This document shows, in pieces, positions 10,201 through 17,825 of a DNA stretch of 20,000 nucleotides. Below the pieces are notes generated by a model that did not search any database, had not been told where the DNA came from, and saw only the letters and a program-made list of their open reading frames with translations. Numbering within the stretch: the first letter of the stretch is position 1; each line of letters opens with the position of its first letter. The stretch comes from an uncultured virus (IMG/VR IMGVR_UViG_3300042879_002288) (taxonomy: Duplodnaviria > Heunggongvirae > Uroviricota > Caudoviricetes > Crassvirales), in the IMG/VR virus record IMGVR_UViG_3300042879_002288. The stretch is one strand, 5' to 3'. Made by a program: the position numbers and the translations under genes.

Positions 10201-10274
10201 ATCATGGAGTCCTTAGGCGTGAGCTTAAGGTCCATCGAAGTGTCTAACTTCTTTGGTAGTATCTTGTCAATCAT
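4218..10274 (-). CDS. Tail nozzle/stabilization protein (P22 gp10 / crAss muzzle-like), main part with C-terminal Cys-rich/dockerin-like extension, 2018 aa
   Basis: Family-type motifs: IDALNV, LYFTDGKNEPKKIN, FAYQYVYNDG.ES.ISPYS, FDAVP.KA..Q.I.NNRL.YGNY.EG, GVVYYD..GR, HPES, GYD..NDEY. Located after two ring proteins. Confidence 0.75.
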   Translation of the reverse strand: MIDKILPKKLDTSMDLKLTPKDSMIDALNVSITDSLSSGEEGSGDVGVIKNVLGNTAVDGYNDFDLLPDIYNYRILGTVTDQKTKIVYFFVYSNQNNINSIFAYDPQGRLPKSKEEPAGKPNSIRLIMASSRFMFPQDGFVKGDVVHTKRSEFAKHQNIKSHMESNGYWNEMSADAILYFTDGKNEPKKINVYRALLNNTEQYYEGESPVGQVNTYGYENYSFPEVDDFISACPRTPLKKIKFEFGYDSAFNGSNFSSGSCFTFAYQYVYNDGIESSISPYSDLAVPQVLLSQGAAPYVDYSFVNVCELYIPPANKEVASIKILVREHDTSSFMLIEEVMVSSLSTATGQSGYYSYSFYNDRILVPVSAETVQKQFDAVPKKAYTQTISNNRLFYGNYTEGFDNVSVEASINWVYNDVPKETDVRIYVTPSIRGKAEWEGNLNDSQKQKKNKAFNGGASYIFDVDSSDLSLPNSSVVRFRLKIAPDKNFHIYNKNGWSLPSRDNNTIDRYIAEGALSQGYPTSTEKNDSYAPEDDSSLIAARWSSINSSADVTGQTAVLGRDVTRPFIIPGGQLSFYVEFLYSGPSLFGSDAAELICNSLTNVLCGLEPSQGIQVLSNDSVFTHEVSLGLQNFDRIKFFGPRLNLSYPTPQPSSNLAYFITPVFPSGNSANPIPKGGPIGYVIPNKVSADFGFQKVKNAQNGQINEVLLSLKRLYDMELFSCIRRPAQDGEWVVLSRSFMNSDYGGSNVAAQKINQFISNISNEEITSLNDYYKLETYSSINIEINDDTGYTNFKKQFGYLIYESPSAPYVKEFKYNNYLSNTYSSDLVGVCIVDGEAGIGGGPGYGDYSAYNINNAGSIFSLVKFTPLGGFGGYFFNGKDVIYEIEINYQGNQTSQEVPSFSFFETTSSCLPLRRLDNPGSAVDQSPYKAIPADVSVHTHAQIEIIQKYIDYYIVRSPSDFRTFKSNSFHEFGVVYYDRRGRHGFVNPIGTKYAPGYSDDERNEKGKIDVSIQITSSHPSWADSFRIVHSRSTSVDRFIQYTSGGAYVRHNPTTDEFDNIYVSLNYLQRSTVSYSSSFGARSSEGGLDLYKFSPGDRVRIISYETSDGITVYPYGYDFEVIDLVDLGDDGNPIHEDYNNVPYYKKGHFLVLKDNPTSSGFDYNAVKNELHRWGNNCLMEIYTPSKKVSDSSRVFYEISDFIPVAGTLASASNLITNGDYWWRPIALNLRKEEDSVFEDIIVDTEDNYGSNNSKSRFFSRYVESMTFSDMYKGDSYGLGRPNIILKEAQETTNESSIIYSDPTAQSSPRIRYSSFNQSLLGFKDLPEVYGSISYLADRGDSILSIQENKSALIPLNRSIIQDASGSELITSSTSVLGKERYFQSQAGCDMHPESIVDVDGTLYFVNTSVGKVFMIQGSSTEEISSVGMKTAIRTELANATAAASAQNKIFKVPAGYDSVNDEYMFTTKLFDRLPAVPDVYPIYVYGCMDPSSCSYDSEAVINDGNCTYSLSYKDCNGNCLNDSDGDGICDEEEIIGCQDPDADNYDPNSTDPGGCIYFGCTTSTACNYDPSANTNDGSCVFPPPYRDCNNNCTKTYVYVDRNGVEYDTGICQDIVDLMGIIVGCDDPESCQYVEPAVNVFYLPSMCSYPELGFNCNGEPSGVAVDDFVKNINAFGLTYRGLSLLNEYAGTNDYLYNKFDINRDGTVGSADLLGFMSAYGSFINPDDYAIHPSIHPEVLALRQGPQLVGDVPPGVSSVNDLLSFLAQQPSSAAAPTPTAPQLVGDVPAGVSNSTDLLNFLSNYQPGSSTTTELTPVSRFSPVEVSPGYVDKNNLPLPAVPQTGSEKVKSAYRLLHSIAVSEMTKSQLQYVIKSLLEYQGQPEWSEETNILNKWFEPGRVASATAPTLTNLNDDRSTLDRKIYATISVASSSSPSQNTGYFQVGTDQFLDFLQSYGDSNPDPEYDPSEKVFNYNPSAYNAAKMAELSSGPTGFSEDSQLPAGATGVTSVSGFLDFLAQNS
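4878..5045 (-). repeat. 63-nt direct repeat pair (4878-4940 and 4983-5045) within the nozzle gene
   Basis: 46/63 nt identical by manual alignment; encodes PQLVGDVPPGVSSVNDLLSFL and PQLVGDVPAGVSNSTDLLNFL. Confidence 0.85.
5304..5819 (-). repeat. Cys-rich GCxDPxxxNYxPxAxxxDGxC-type protein repeats (4 copies) plus a DxDxDGxCD Ca-binding-like motif
   Basis: GCMDPSSCSYDSEAVINDGNC, GCQDPDADNYDPNSTDPGGC, GCTTSTACNYDPSANTNDGSC, GCDDPESCQY; DCNGNCLNDSDGDGICDEEE. Confidence 0.85.
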
Positions 10275-11101
10275 TAGAATTTAGGCGACAGCTTGAAGTT
10301 CTTTCTGATGGTCTTTAGAGCTTCTTCTTTGGTAAAGTTAGATAGGCGAGCATTAGCAAGCCTGCGCTCATTATAATACTCAGCTCTTGCACGAGCTTTT
10401 TCATTAGCCGGAACGGTGGATTTTTTTTCAACAAGCTTGTAGTATATATATGCTCTGAGCGCCTCTTCTGCATAGACGTGTACACTTGGGTCTGATGACC
10501 GTGCCTCATCGCCTATGTACTCCATGACTATCTCAGAGACATTCGAGTTTGCTGATATTTCTATTCTGTTTTGGTCAAGATTGATTCTGTACTCACCAAT
10601 CCCGTGTCCGCCGCCAATCCCATACAGTCTGCCAACATTGCCCTCATAAAGATAGTTTTCAAAGATGAACTCGTAAAAATCATCCATTATAGACAGGTTA
10701 GTCTCTGTTGCCGTCTTACTCTCTTCGATATTTACAATCTCGTTTGCCTTTATGTCAAGAGGTCCAGCATTAAATGTTGTTCTTGACGCAGGAGACACCT
10801 TCTTGTGCGAGTAGTTCAGGTGCTTGTTTTGATTTAACACGTAAACCCTACCGTCCTCTCCAACCACACCTATCTTTATCAAGTCAACATAATCGTCTGG
10901 GAGCGTCACAGTGTCATTGCTGTTCACAGCAAGTTTCAAAGATTTAGTCTTCTTTCCTATGTCAAAACCTATGTCTCTTATTCCTCTAAGAGCTATGTTT
11001 CTAAGCTGTATGTCAGATACATTGCTTATGTAGTCGTCTGAGTCCAGGCCGATTCGAAAGTCAGCAAGTATGACATTGAGAGGTACTGTATTCATGCTCA
11101 T
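10274..11101 (-). CDS. Head-tail ring/adaptor (tail tubular) protein, 275 aa
   Basis: Motifs LPDDYVDLIKIGVVG, I..EYIGD, V.VYAEEAL.AYI.Y, R.A.ARLSN. TAATG-coupled to the nozzle gene. Confidence 0.7.
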   Translation of the reverse strand: MSMNTVPLNVILADFRIGLDSDDYISNVSDIQLRNIALRGIRDIGFDIGKKTKSLKLAVNSNDTVTLPDDYVDLIKIGVVGEDGRVYVLNQNKHLNYSHKKVSPASRTTFNAGPLDIKANEIVNIEESKTATETNLSIMDDFYEFIFENYLYEGNVGRLYGIGGGHGIGEYRINLDQNRIEISANSNVSEIVMEYIGDEARSSDPSVHVYAEEALRAYIYYKLVEKKSTVPANEKARARAEYYNERRLANARLSNFTKEEALKTIRKNFKLSPKF

Positions 11102-11883
11102 TACTCAACAGCAGTTTTAGCTTGCGCGTATTGTTGAACATCATTGTCTCTGAGATTAAGGCCAATCATACCTGCGATTTCTCCGATAAGCTCAGCCTCA
11201 TAACCAGGCGGAAGGTCAAAATCTCTTGAAGAAAACGGATTATATGACTCAACACCTTGAACAAGAGATATGGAGTATATCGGGGGAAGAGTAACCCTTG
11301 TCCCAGCTATAGAATTATTTATGCTTGCTGTGTTTTGATATGAGCCTGGCGTGCTGTAATAGTGAAGCCAGTACTCCTCTGTATCGTCATTTGGCCATAT
11401 CTCTATTTTATCTGAACCAACAAGAGCTACTTTGTATTGGTCTGTAGGCGCAGAAAGCCTGCTGATTTTCAGCTCCTCAAAGAATACTGGATTGTAGACT
11501 ATTTCGCATTTTCCGTAGTCTTGGTCTAAACCAGCGACATTTGACGACGCTGTATCTTTAAAAGTTATATATACAACCTTATAAAGGTCTATTGGTTTTA
11601 CTATAGTAGACGGGGCTGTTGATGGAGATGCTGAAGACAATACCTTCTTGTAGAAGTAAGACATGTCCTCCGACTTTCTCTCTTTCATCGACAAAACAGT
11701 TCCAACATCAACCCCAGCCTTAGCCAACTTTTTCGCCTCAATCTGTTCGTTCATAATCTCGTTGAACACGTTAAGCTGAGCCATGTGCGCGAACGAGTTG
11801 AACACCTCAGGAGTTACAAACCCCTTCTGCTCTTTGTTAGCTAAGTTCTTGAGGGTATTATACACCCTGTATATACTCACCAT
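11101..11883 (-). CDS. Head-tail ring/adaptor protein, 260 aa
   Basis: N-terminal VY.TLK.LANKEQKGFVTPEVFNSFA..AQL.VF and C-terminal DF.LP...EAELI..I..MIGLNLRD motifs. TAATG-coupled to the next ring gene. Confidence 0.7.
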   Translation of the reverse strand: MVSIYRVYNTLKNLANKEQKGFVTPEVFNSFAHMAQLNVFNEIMNEQIEAKKLAKAGVDVGTVLSMKERKSEDMSYFYKKVLSSASPSTAPSTIVKPIDLYKVVYITFKDTASSNVAGLDQDYGKCEIVYNPVFFEELKISRLSAPTDQYKVALVGSDKIEIWPNDDTEEYWLHYYSTPGSYQNTASINNSIAGTRVTLPPIYSISLVQGVESYNPFSSRDFDLPPGYEAELIGEIAGMIGLNLRDNDVQQYAQAKTAVE

Positions 11884-11887
11884 AATG

Positions 11888-11895
11888 CAAATATA
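11888..11895 (-). promoter_or_regulatory. Bacteroidota-type -7 promoter element TATATTTG
   Basis: TAnnTTTG match, 4 nt before ATG at 11883, directly after a terminator hairpin. Confidence 0.65.
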
Positions 11896-11927
11896 ACAAG
11901 AAAGGCCCCCTCGGAAGGAAGCCTTTC
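11896..11927 (-). terminator. Probable intrinsic terminator
   Basis: Minus strand GAAAGGCTTCCT-TCCG-AGGGGGCCTTTC then TTGTT; 12-bp stem with two G-U pairs, downstream of the 278-aa gene. Confidence 0.7.
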
Positions 11928-11948
11928 AGTTGTGTGTGAGTCAGTTGT

Positions 11949-12785
11949 TTACGTGTTGGTAAGGTGGTCCTCTATAGACAAGAGTGCGCTTGAGCCTCTC
12001 TCAGTCATACAGAATCTTGTCAGGGTATCCAATGGGTCCTGTCCAACAGGAACCGCAACAATCAAGTTGTTGCTGTCTGTCCAGTAACATCCGTCTGGCT
12101 TGAGCGTCACAACATTGTATTCAGAAGCCTTGAACACCAGTGAGCGTGTCTTGACGATTGGGTTATCAAATGAGCTAACGAACTCATGCGGCTTTGACTT
12201 GGCTATTCTAAGCAGGTCGTACTTGATGTCAGACACGGGTCTGTTCACGTTGACACCGTAAAATATAGCCACTGGCAAAAGCTCATCTATACTCTTGTCT
12301 TTAACCAATGATACCGAGTCAAAAACATTAAACTCCTTTTCAAGCTCTTTCTCGATATTGACTTTATTGTCAACCTTGTGATACGTTGAACCACCATTGG
12401 CTTTATTTGATGGGTGAGCCTCCATAAAGTGCCTTAGATTAGGCTTATCTACAGGAACTACGAGATACCCATCTCTAAAAATAATAGCCTCTTTTTTTGC
12501 GTTCTGGCTTTGCTCATCAACAAATATACTTCTTTCGTTTGGACAATATCTAATCTGTCTGACGGTATCTGATTCTTTGTCATAAACAGTGACGCTTGAC
12601 TGAGACAGCATATAGGCGATTCCACCGCCCATCTCAATGTGATAAACAACAGCTTTAGGCCCCTCTTCTTCCTTGTATGAGTGAGAAATTAAAGGCTTAG
12701 TCGTTTTTGAAACAGTTGTTTGTTTCACTTCTTCTTGGCCCTCCTGTCTAACAGGCGGTCTGCCAACTCTTTTGGGTTGTTCCAT
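11949..12785 (-). CDS. Conserved phage structural-module protein of unknown function, 278 aa
   Basis: Motifs RQIRYCPNERSIFVDEQ, IIFRDG.L.V, L..FM..HP.N, VP.GQDP resemble a protein I recall following the capsid gene in Flavobacteria podophages. Confidence 0.65.
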   Translation of the reverse strand: MEQPKRVGRPPVRQEGQEEVKQTTVSKTTKPLISHSYKEEEGPKAVVYHIEMGGGIAYMLSQSSVTVYDKESDTVRQIRYCPNERSIFVDEQSQNAKKEAIIFRDGYLVVPVDKPNLRHFMEAHPSNKANGGSTYHKVDNKVNIEKELEKEFNVFDSVSLVKDKSIDELLPVAIFYGVNVNRPVSDIKYDLLRIAKSKPHEFVSSFDNPIVKTRSLVFKASEYNVVTLKPDGCYWTDSNNLIVAVPVGQDPLDTLTRFCMTERGSSALLSIEDHLTNT

Positions 12786-12791
12786 TATATA

Positions 12792-14162
12792 TTATTTAAG
12801 TGGTTTATATTTCTCGTAGAATGCCTTTGCAAGTCTTGACGCCTCAGAGGCTCCTATGTCTCTTTTTATGACCCCAAATCTTGCAAGAACAGCATATAAG
12901 TGTTTATAGTCTAATTCGTCAAAATCTGCAATTCCTAAATGCCGAAGACTAAAAACTCCATCTGTCCTTCCTGGACTTGAAACCGTGCCTCCAACCTTAG
13001 CAGGTATTACACACACAAGGTCTCCCTCATGATTGTGCAGATACACATTAAATTGTTTATCTCTTCTAATCACAAATACATAACAGGTCTGTTGCAGCTC
13101 AGCACCCCTGTTGTCTGGAACTTTGTATGCGATGGTTCCATTGTCTTCGTTATATGTTGGAACTGTCGCTGGGGCTCCTTTAAGCTCATCATGCCTTACA
13201 GAAAAAGAAGAAAATCTTGATTGGTCAAAAGAGGCAAAAGACTTATAGTCGTCTCCAGAATAAAACGGGCCAATCTTGGTATCATATCTTTCCGTATATA
13301 AATTAGAGGAAGACTCAAGGGCTCTCCAGTCATCTGGAATACCAATAACAATATATGTTGTATAATCTTCTTCTATAGATATTTCTTTAATTAAACCCCA
13401 GTAATTTGCTTTGCTAATGCTTATTCCAGTGGTTCCAATGCCAGTATTTGACTTTTCCCCTGGGGCGTAAACTCTAACCGAACTAATAAGTAACTCAGGA
13501 ACTAAATCATACCCAGATGGACCTACACCGTCGTTAATCAATGAATTATTTCCTATTCTATTGAAAGCTGTACCCCCTCCAGTAAACCCATAATATGTAA
13601 TCCCAATTCCACCAGTAGCAAAGATTCCAGTAGCTGAACTGGCAGTAAATCCTATAGGACTATAGTCTGCTATGGGGTAAGAAACTTCAGTAAACTCTAT
13701 ACCATCAAGAGCGAATGACGTCAGGCCAGTGTCCCCAAGAAGCAGTTCTTTTGGCTTTATGAGTTCTGGGGACGTAAACACCTTGCTCTGTATGCTCTTG
13801 GCTGTCTTGATAGACGCCTGCTTGAAGCTTGACTTGCCAATATAGTCAAAGCTCATCACGTTCTTGTTGGGTGGTGAGTTTGCTATAAAGTTCAGAATGT
13901 CTTCTATAAGAGCCTGCTCCTGCCCTATATCACACTCCACATCTATAGTAGTCTTTCTATAGGCCTCTCCCTCCACATTCTGCATAAAATCATATATGCC
14001 AGAGTCATTAAATATCAGCGTGACTCTTCCCTGGCTTGCTGTCATGTAAGACAGATTATTCGCCTGTAGGGCTATAACGCTGATACCAACACCAGTGTCC
14101 GACTCTGTGGTGCTGCCAGTATTTACCTTCTCCTTATTAAAAAGGAAGAACTTGCTTAACAT
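12792..14162 (-). CDS. Putative virion surface protein with C-terminal LamG/ConA-like domain, 456 aa
   Basis: C-terminal beta-rich pattern (YVFVIRRD...VYL...G; LRHLG; RFGVIKRDI..SE...L...YEKY) resembles LamG-fold endings. Has its own promoter-like element. Confidence 0.5.
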   Translation of the reverse strand: MLSKFFLFNKEKVNTGSTTESDTGVGISVIALQANNLSYMTASQGRVTLIFNDSGIYDFMQNVEGEAYRKTTIDVECDIGQEQALIEDILNFIANSPPNKNVMSFDYIGKSSFKQASIKTAKSIQSKVFTSPELIKPKELLLGDTGLTSFALDGIEFTEVSYPIADYSPIGFTASSATGIFATGGIGITYYGFTGGGTAFNRIGNNSLINDGVGPSGYDLVPELLISSVRVYAPGEKSNTGIGTTGISISKANYWGLIKEISIEEDYTTYIVIGIPDDWRALESSSNLYTERYDTKIGPFYSGDDYKSFASFDQSRFSSFSVRHDELKGAPATVPTYNEDNGTIAYKVPDNRGAELQQTCYVFVIRRDKQFNVYLHNHEGDLVCVIPAKVGGTVSSPGRTDGVFSLRHLGIADFDELDYKHLYAVLARFGVIKRDIGASEASRLAKAFYEKYKPLK

Positions 14163-14166
14163 GAAG

Positions 14167-14174
14167 TAAATTTA
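14167..14174 (-). promoter_or_regulatory. Variant -7 promoter element TAAATTTA
   Basis: One mismatch to TAnnTTTG; same 4-nt spacing to ATG (14162) and same post-terminator position as the 11888 element. Confidence 0.45.
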
Positions 14175-14207
14175 AGAAGAAAAGCAAGGGGGCCGAAGCC
14201 CCTTTGC
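14175..14207 (-). terminator. Intrinsic terminator with C(UUCG)G tetraloop
   Basis: Minus strand GCAAAGGGGC-TTCG-GCCCCCTTGC-TTTTCTTCT, just after the 121-aa gene that follows the capsid gene. Confidence 0.85.
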
Positions 14208-14214
14208 AAAGTAA

Positions 14215-14580
14215 TTAAGAGAATGTGGCTCCGGCAAAAGAGACCAAAGCCCATGCCTCACCGTTCCACATCAACGTGATATGCTCGTCAGCTGCATTAA
14301 GAACAAAAACGTCGTATCCACCGTCAACAACTGTACTGATAGTTAGTGTAGCATAATTTGTGTCGCTGGCTGCTTCCGCCCAAATCATAAGCATCTGGCC
14401 AGGAACTTCTCCATTGGGAAGAGTCAATGCGTTGTTGGTATTTCCGTCAATTACCAACTTGATAAAGCTCGTGTCAACGGGAAGCGTTTGAGCCGTAGCC
14501 GCATCTTCTATAGTAGCCACATCAGCCTTAAGATAAAGCGGAAAGACGTGGTTTTTTCTGTTTGTATTTACTACTGCCAT
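14215..14580 (-). CDS. Small beta-rich head-fibre/decoration-like protein, 121 aa (start revised to 14580)
   Basis: MAVVNTNRK... with an A-rich upstream context (AAATAAAAGAAATC-ATG). Motifs LTLPNG..PGQ...I and L.WNG.AW.LV are typical of small phage fibre domains. The ORF-track start lies inside a hairpin. Confidence 0.6.
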   Translation of the reverse strand: MAVVNTNRKNHVFPLYLKADVATIEDAATAQTLPVDTSFIKLVIDGNTNNALTLPNGEVPGQMLMIWAEAASDTNYATLTISTVVDGGYDVFVLNAADEHITLMWNGEAWALVSFAGATFS

Positions 14581-14602
14581 GATTTCTTTTATTTGTGAGT
14601 TA

Positions 14603-14628
14603 AGGGGAGGAGCCAAAACCCCTCCCCT
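14603..14628 (-). other. GC-rich stem-loop directly after the major capsid gene (no U-tract)
   Basis: Minus strand AGGGGAGGGGT-TTTG-GCTCCTCCCCT followed by TAACTCAC. Confidence 0.7.
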
Positions 14629-14642
14629 CTCCCCAGGTTATT

Positions 14643-16010
14643 TTATGCAGACTTCAGGACAACGTGTTGGTTAGCAGCACGAGTGATGAGGTTGCACTCC
14701 GAACGGTAGTGGAACGTAGCAACGTCCTTACCAGCATCACCGTTGTTTGTGTAACCCAACACACCACCACCAGTCACCCAATGCTCAAGCTCTCTGCTGT
14801 AGCCATTTGCAGCCTTGTAGTTCATCTCCAAAGCAGGAGACTTCACTCCAGTGCGAGCGTCAGCAACTTGAGTCATAGGAATCATTGCACCAGCATACTT
14901 AGAACCAGCCAACAGCGTTGGGTCGTTCAGCAACTTCCAGCTGTGCTTGTGGAAGGTGTAACCACCTCTCGTGAAGGATTTGAAGCCCAACTGAACAGCC
15001 ATGTCTGCGCTGTTGTTGAATGCCCCAAACTGTCCGGGGAGACCAGCAGTGACCTGCGTAGCAACACCGAAGGCAAGTAAGTCATCGACAGCCAAGTCAA
15101 AAGCTCTGTTGAGATACATAGCGTACTCAGAAGGAGCGCCCTGCTTGTCAAGCTCAATGATGATGTTATCAATATCTGTCATTGTTTCGAACGTGCCAGT
15201 AGCGATGTTGCCTCTTTCTTCTACTGCGCTGAAGTATCCTTCAGAACCAGCTCTACCCAAGACGCCATCATTAGTATCTCCAAGCTTGTTAGAGAACAAC
15301 ATCATCATCTCACGCTTGTCCATGAAACGCTTACGAGCCTCTTGCTCACCATACATGAACCATCTGTAGTCACCGTTGCCAGTGTTGACGTATCCAATGT
15401 TGGTTGCTTGCGAGCCATTCACTTGGAAACGCTCTTTAATAATCATGAATGGGTTGATAAGTCTGTCTACTCCAGGCTCCGTAAATCCAGCGGGCTGGTC
15501 GGTTCCTTGAGCATACATGTTGCCGATAATTGCAAGCTCTTGGTCTGCAACCACGGCGGTAATGTCGCCAGTAAGTGCAACAAGGGAACAAGAAGTGCCC
15601 AACCCATTTGAAGTAGCACAGATGTATCTAGCGCCAGTAGCAATGTTAATCAAAACATCATTGACAAGTGGCTGAAGGCTGTCGTCGAAAGAAACACCCG
15701 CAGCGGTAATCCCTACTGCGGTTCCAATGGTATTGACTACAAGTCTCTTGTGTCTACGTCTTTCTTCGAAGTATTCAACCTGGTCGGCTTGACCAGCGTT
15801 CTTCGTGGCGCCAGTCAGCGTCAAGAAACCAGTGATGCCTTGGTCTCCAAACGTCTTGACAAGCATCTCACGAACGTCAGGTCTGTTGTACGCATCTGCG
15901 CTAGTCAACAGGTCGTTAATAGCTGTGTACTTGGAAGGGTCTGTCTTAATCGTACCAGCAGCCAAATTGCCACCAAGAGAGCTAGCTTTTTGTGTTTGTG
16001 TAAGGGCCAT
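14643..16010 (-). CDS. Major capsid protein, 455 aa
   Basis: Motifs FG.Q.ITGFL.L.GA, DQV...E..R.H, N...I.K....V.GS, G.EG.F..VE.RGN, LD.QGA..E, LGF.SF.RG.YTFHK..WK.LNDPT, HY.SE.NL.T..AN recalled from Flavobacteria podophage capsids. Follows a scaffold-like gene. Confidence 0.85.
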   Translation of the reverse strand: MALTQTQKASSLGGNLAAGTIKTDPSKYTAINDLLTSADAYNRPDVREMLVKTFGDQGITGFLTLTGATKNAGQADQVEYFEERRRHKRLVVNTIGTAVGITAAGVSFDDSLQPLVNDVLINIATGARYICATSNGLGTSCSLVALTGDITAVVADQELAIIGNMYAQGTDQPAGFTEPGVDRLINPFMIIKERFQVNGSQATNIGYVNTGNGDYRWFMYGEQEARKRFMDKREMMMLFSNKLGDTNDGVLGRAGSEGYFSAVEERGNIATGTFETMTDIDNIIIELDKQGAPSEYAMYLNRAFDLAVDDLLAFGVATQVTAGLPGQFGAFNNSADMAVQLGFKSFTRGGYTFHKHSWKLLNDPTLLAGSKYAGAMIPMTQVADARTGVKSPALEMNYKAANGYSRELEHWVTGGGVLGYTNNGDAGKDVATFHYRSECNLITRAANQHVVLKSA

Positions 16011-16015
16011 TTTTT

Positions 16016-17095
16016 TTAGATTTTAAAGGTTAGAGTGTTGCCCATCCCTATGATATTTTTTAGTTGGTCTATAACAGGGTCGGCTTGGTTGTTAATGTTT
16101 TGTTGTTGCGGGGAACCTACAGATACATTGGCAGCCTTGTCAACTAAGGACCTTTGACCATCACCAAGTCCTTTTTGATAAGCAGATTTCACGATGGAGT
16201 CTATGTTATCAATAACGGTCATGTGAGATGAAAGAAGGTCATAGTCCCAGGTGCCATTGTCACGAACGTAAGAGTCAAAGAAGTTGGGCAACTGCGAGTT
16301 CTTTTGCTTGAGGTTGTTTCTTAGCTTGTCATCGATTCCGAAGGTGAACGTATTTCCATTCCCTAAATCGAACTCGATGCCTTCAAGAGCATCAACCTCC
16401 TTATACATGTTGTTCACCCAAGTATCATCAATTATTGACTCATACTGAGACTCTTTTTTTTCGGGGGCGGCATAGCGACTTCTTACTTCTTCTATAGACT
16501 GCTTAGCCTTTTGGGCATCAATCTTAAGCTGAAGTTGAGAGAGTCTAACCTCGCCATCCTCGTAGATGTCTGGGTTCAACTTGTACTTAGAATCCAGGAG
16601 AAGGTTGATTTCCTCATAGGACAAGTTGGGATATTCTGACGCCATGCTTACCCTTACGGCAGTCATGTCATCCATTTCGGATGGGTTAAGCGCCTGGAAT
16701 CTAAACCAGTCCTCTGGGGCTCTGCCTGTCTCCTGGACAAACTGCGCGATTGCAGCAACTCGTTCGTCAATCTGAGACTGAGGACTATTCATCAAGTCAT
16801 CAATAGAGCTGAGCTGCTTCCCCAGCCTTTCGCTGAGGTAAGTGACAACCGCAGACTCTATATCAGAATCGCTAAAGTCGTTCGAGGGCTCAGAGTACGT
16901 TGCCTCTTGTTGTTGCTGTGGTTCAGCCGCCGCGCCAATGCTTCCACTATCATCAATCGCTTGCTGTATAGGGGAGTCAGTTGGTTCGGATGCGGGTTGA
17001 TAATCTTCAACTACCGCTTCTTGAGTGGGAGCTGCTTCAGCCTCCATGCTCTTTATCAGCTCTTCTTGTGAGCTGAGTATTTCAAATTTCTCCAT
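16016..17095 (-). CDS. Capsid scaffolding protein, 359 aa
   Basis: Acidic low-complexity N-terminus, helical core (F..ETG...EDW), AYQKG..D motif; ends 5 nt before the capsid ATG. Confidence 0.7.
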   Translation of the reverse strand: MEKFEILSSQEELIKSMEAEAAPTQEAVVEDYQPASEPTDSPIQQAIDDSGSIGAAAEPQQQQEATYSEPSNDFSDSDIESAVVTYLSERLGKQLSSIDDLMNSPQSQIDERVAAIAQFVQETGRAPEDWFRFQALNPSEMDDMTAVRVSMASEYPNLSYEEINLLLDSKYKLNPDIYEDGEVRLSQLQLKIDAQKAKQSIEEVRSRYAAPEKKESQYESIIDDTWVNNMYKEVDALEGIEFDLGNGNTFTFGIDDKLRNNLKQKNSQLPNFFDSYVRDNGTWDYDLLSSHMTVIDNIDSIVKSAYQKGLGDGQRSLVDKAANVSVGSPQQQNINNQADPVIDQLKNIIGMGNTLTFKI

Positions 17096-17111
17096 TTATA
17101 AGTTAATTTAA

Positions 17112-17420
17112 TTAAGAGTAGTATGCAATAAGGCCTCCAGAATTAAGGTTAAACGCTCTCCACTTACCTTGTATTTCTGCGCCTGATATTCCAGTAAAAT
17201 TGCTAGAAGTTATAGTGGTTGCTCCAGTTCCAAATCCTATAGTTGATGCTGAATAATTGCTTCCAATGCAGTGAGCACCAGTTGCGGCCAGCAACGTTGT
17301 AAACGTAGTGTTTTGAGTAAACTGCAACTTGTAGAAATAACTATTTTCAGGAGCAGTAAGGCCAGTGCTAGCCCCGCTTACTAAAAGAGATTTCGGTGAT
17401 TGGTAGTCGGCTGGATGCAT
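17112..17420 (-). CDS. Small beta-rich virion decoration/fibre-like protein, 102 aa
   Basis: Thr/Gly-rich; C-terminal GAEIQGKW..F.L.SGG.IAY motif typical of small phage structural proteins. Confidence 0.55.
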   Translation of the reverse strand: MHPADYQSPKSLLVSGASTGLTAPENSYFYKLQFTQNTTFTTLLAATGAHCIGSNYSASTIGFGTGATTITSSNFTGISGAEIQGKWRAFNLNSGGLIAYYS

Positions 17421-17423
17421 GGC

Positions 17424-17825
17424 TTACGATAAGGTTACAGATGAGCTATCAAGACCAAATACACCGTACTCAATGATTTGGTCCACTTCGGTAACGTACG
17501 CCTTAAGCGTAACGTCATTTTTCACAGGCATGAAAGCAAACTCGTTTCCCGCGAGCTTAAGGAATACAGCGTCGTCTGTGGTGTCGGCAAACACATAAGC
17601 AAACTTCTCACGTTCTTGGTGCATGTTCTTTATATACACGTAGGCAGAGTCAAGCTTGTCGTTTGCCTTGTAGATGGTTATTGCCCCAGTGGTGCCAGTG
17701 GCAGCAACCTTAGAACGAGTTATGTTTCCTGAGTCTGCGTTTACCCCCACACCAACAGATACGCTGACAACACTCGACAGTATGTCGGGGCTGTTCAGAG
17801 AGAGTGATGCGTTGAGTAAACCCAT
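17424..17825 (-). CDS. Small beta-rich putative structural protein, 133 aa (paralog B)
   Basis: VYIKN, L.GNEFAFMP and IEY motifs shared with the upstream gene; TAATG coupling. Confidence 0.65.
   Translation of the reverse strand: MGLLNASLSLNSPDILSSVVSVSVGVGVNADSGNITRSKVAATGTTGAITIYKANDKLDSAYVYIKNMHQEREKFAYVFADTTDDAVFLKLAGNEFAFMPVKNDVTLKAYVTEVDQIIEYGVFGLDSSSVTLS

Noticed and set aside
14200..14214. TTACTTTG as an additional -7 promoter
   Set aside because: Does not match TAnnTTTG at the conserved TA and overlaps the terminator stem.
14581..14616. ORF-track start for the 133-aa ORF at 14616
   Set aside because: A TTG buried in a hairpin; ATG at 14580 has a better A-rich context.
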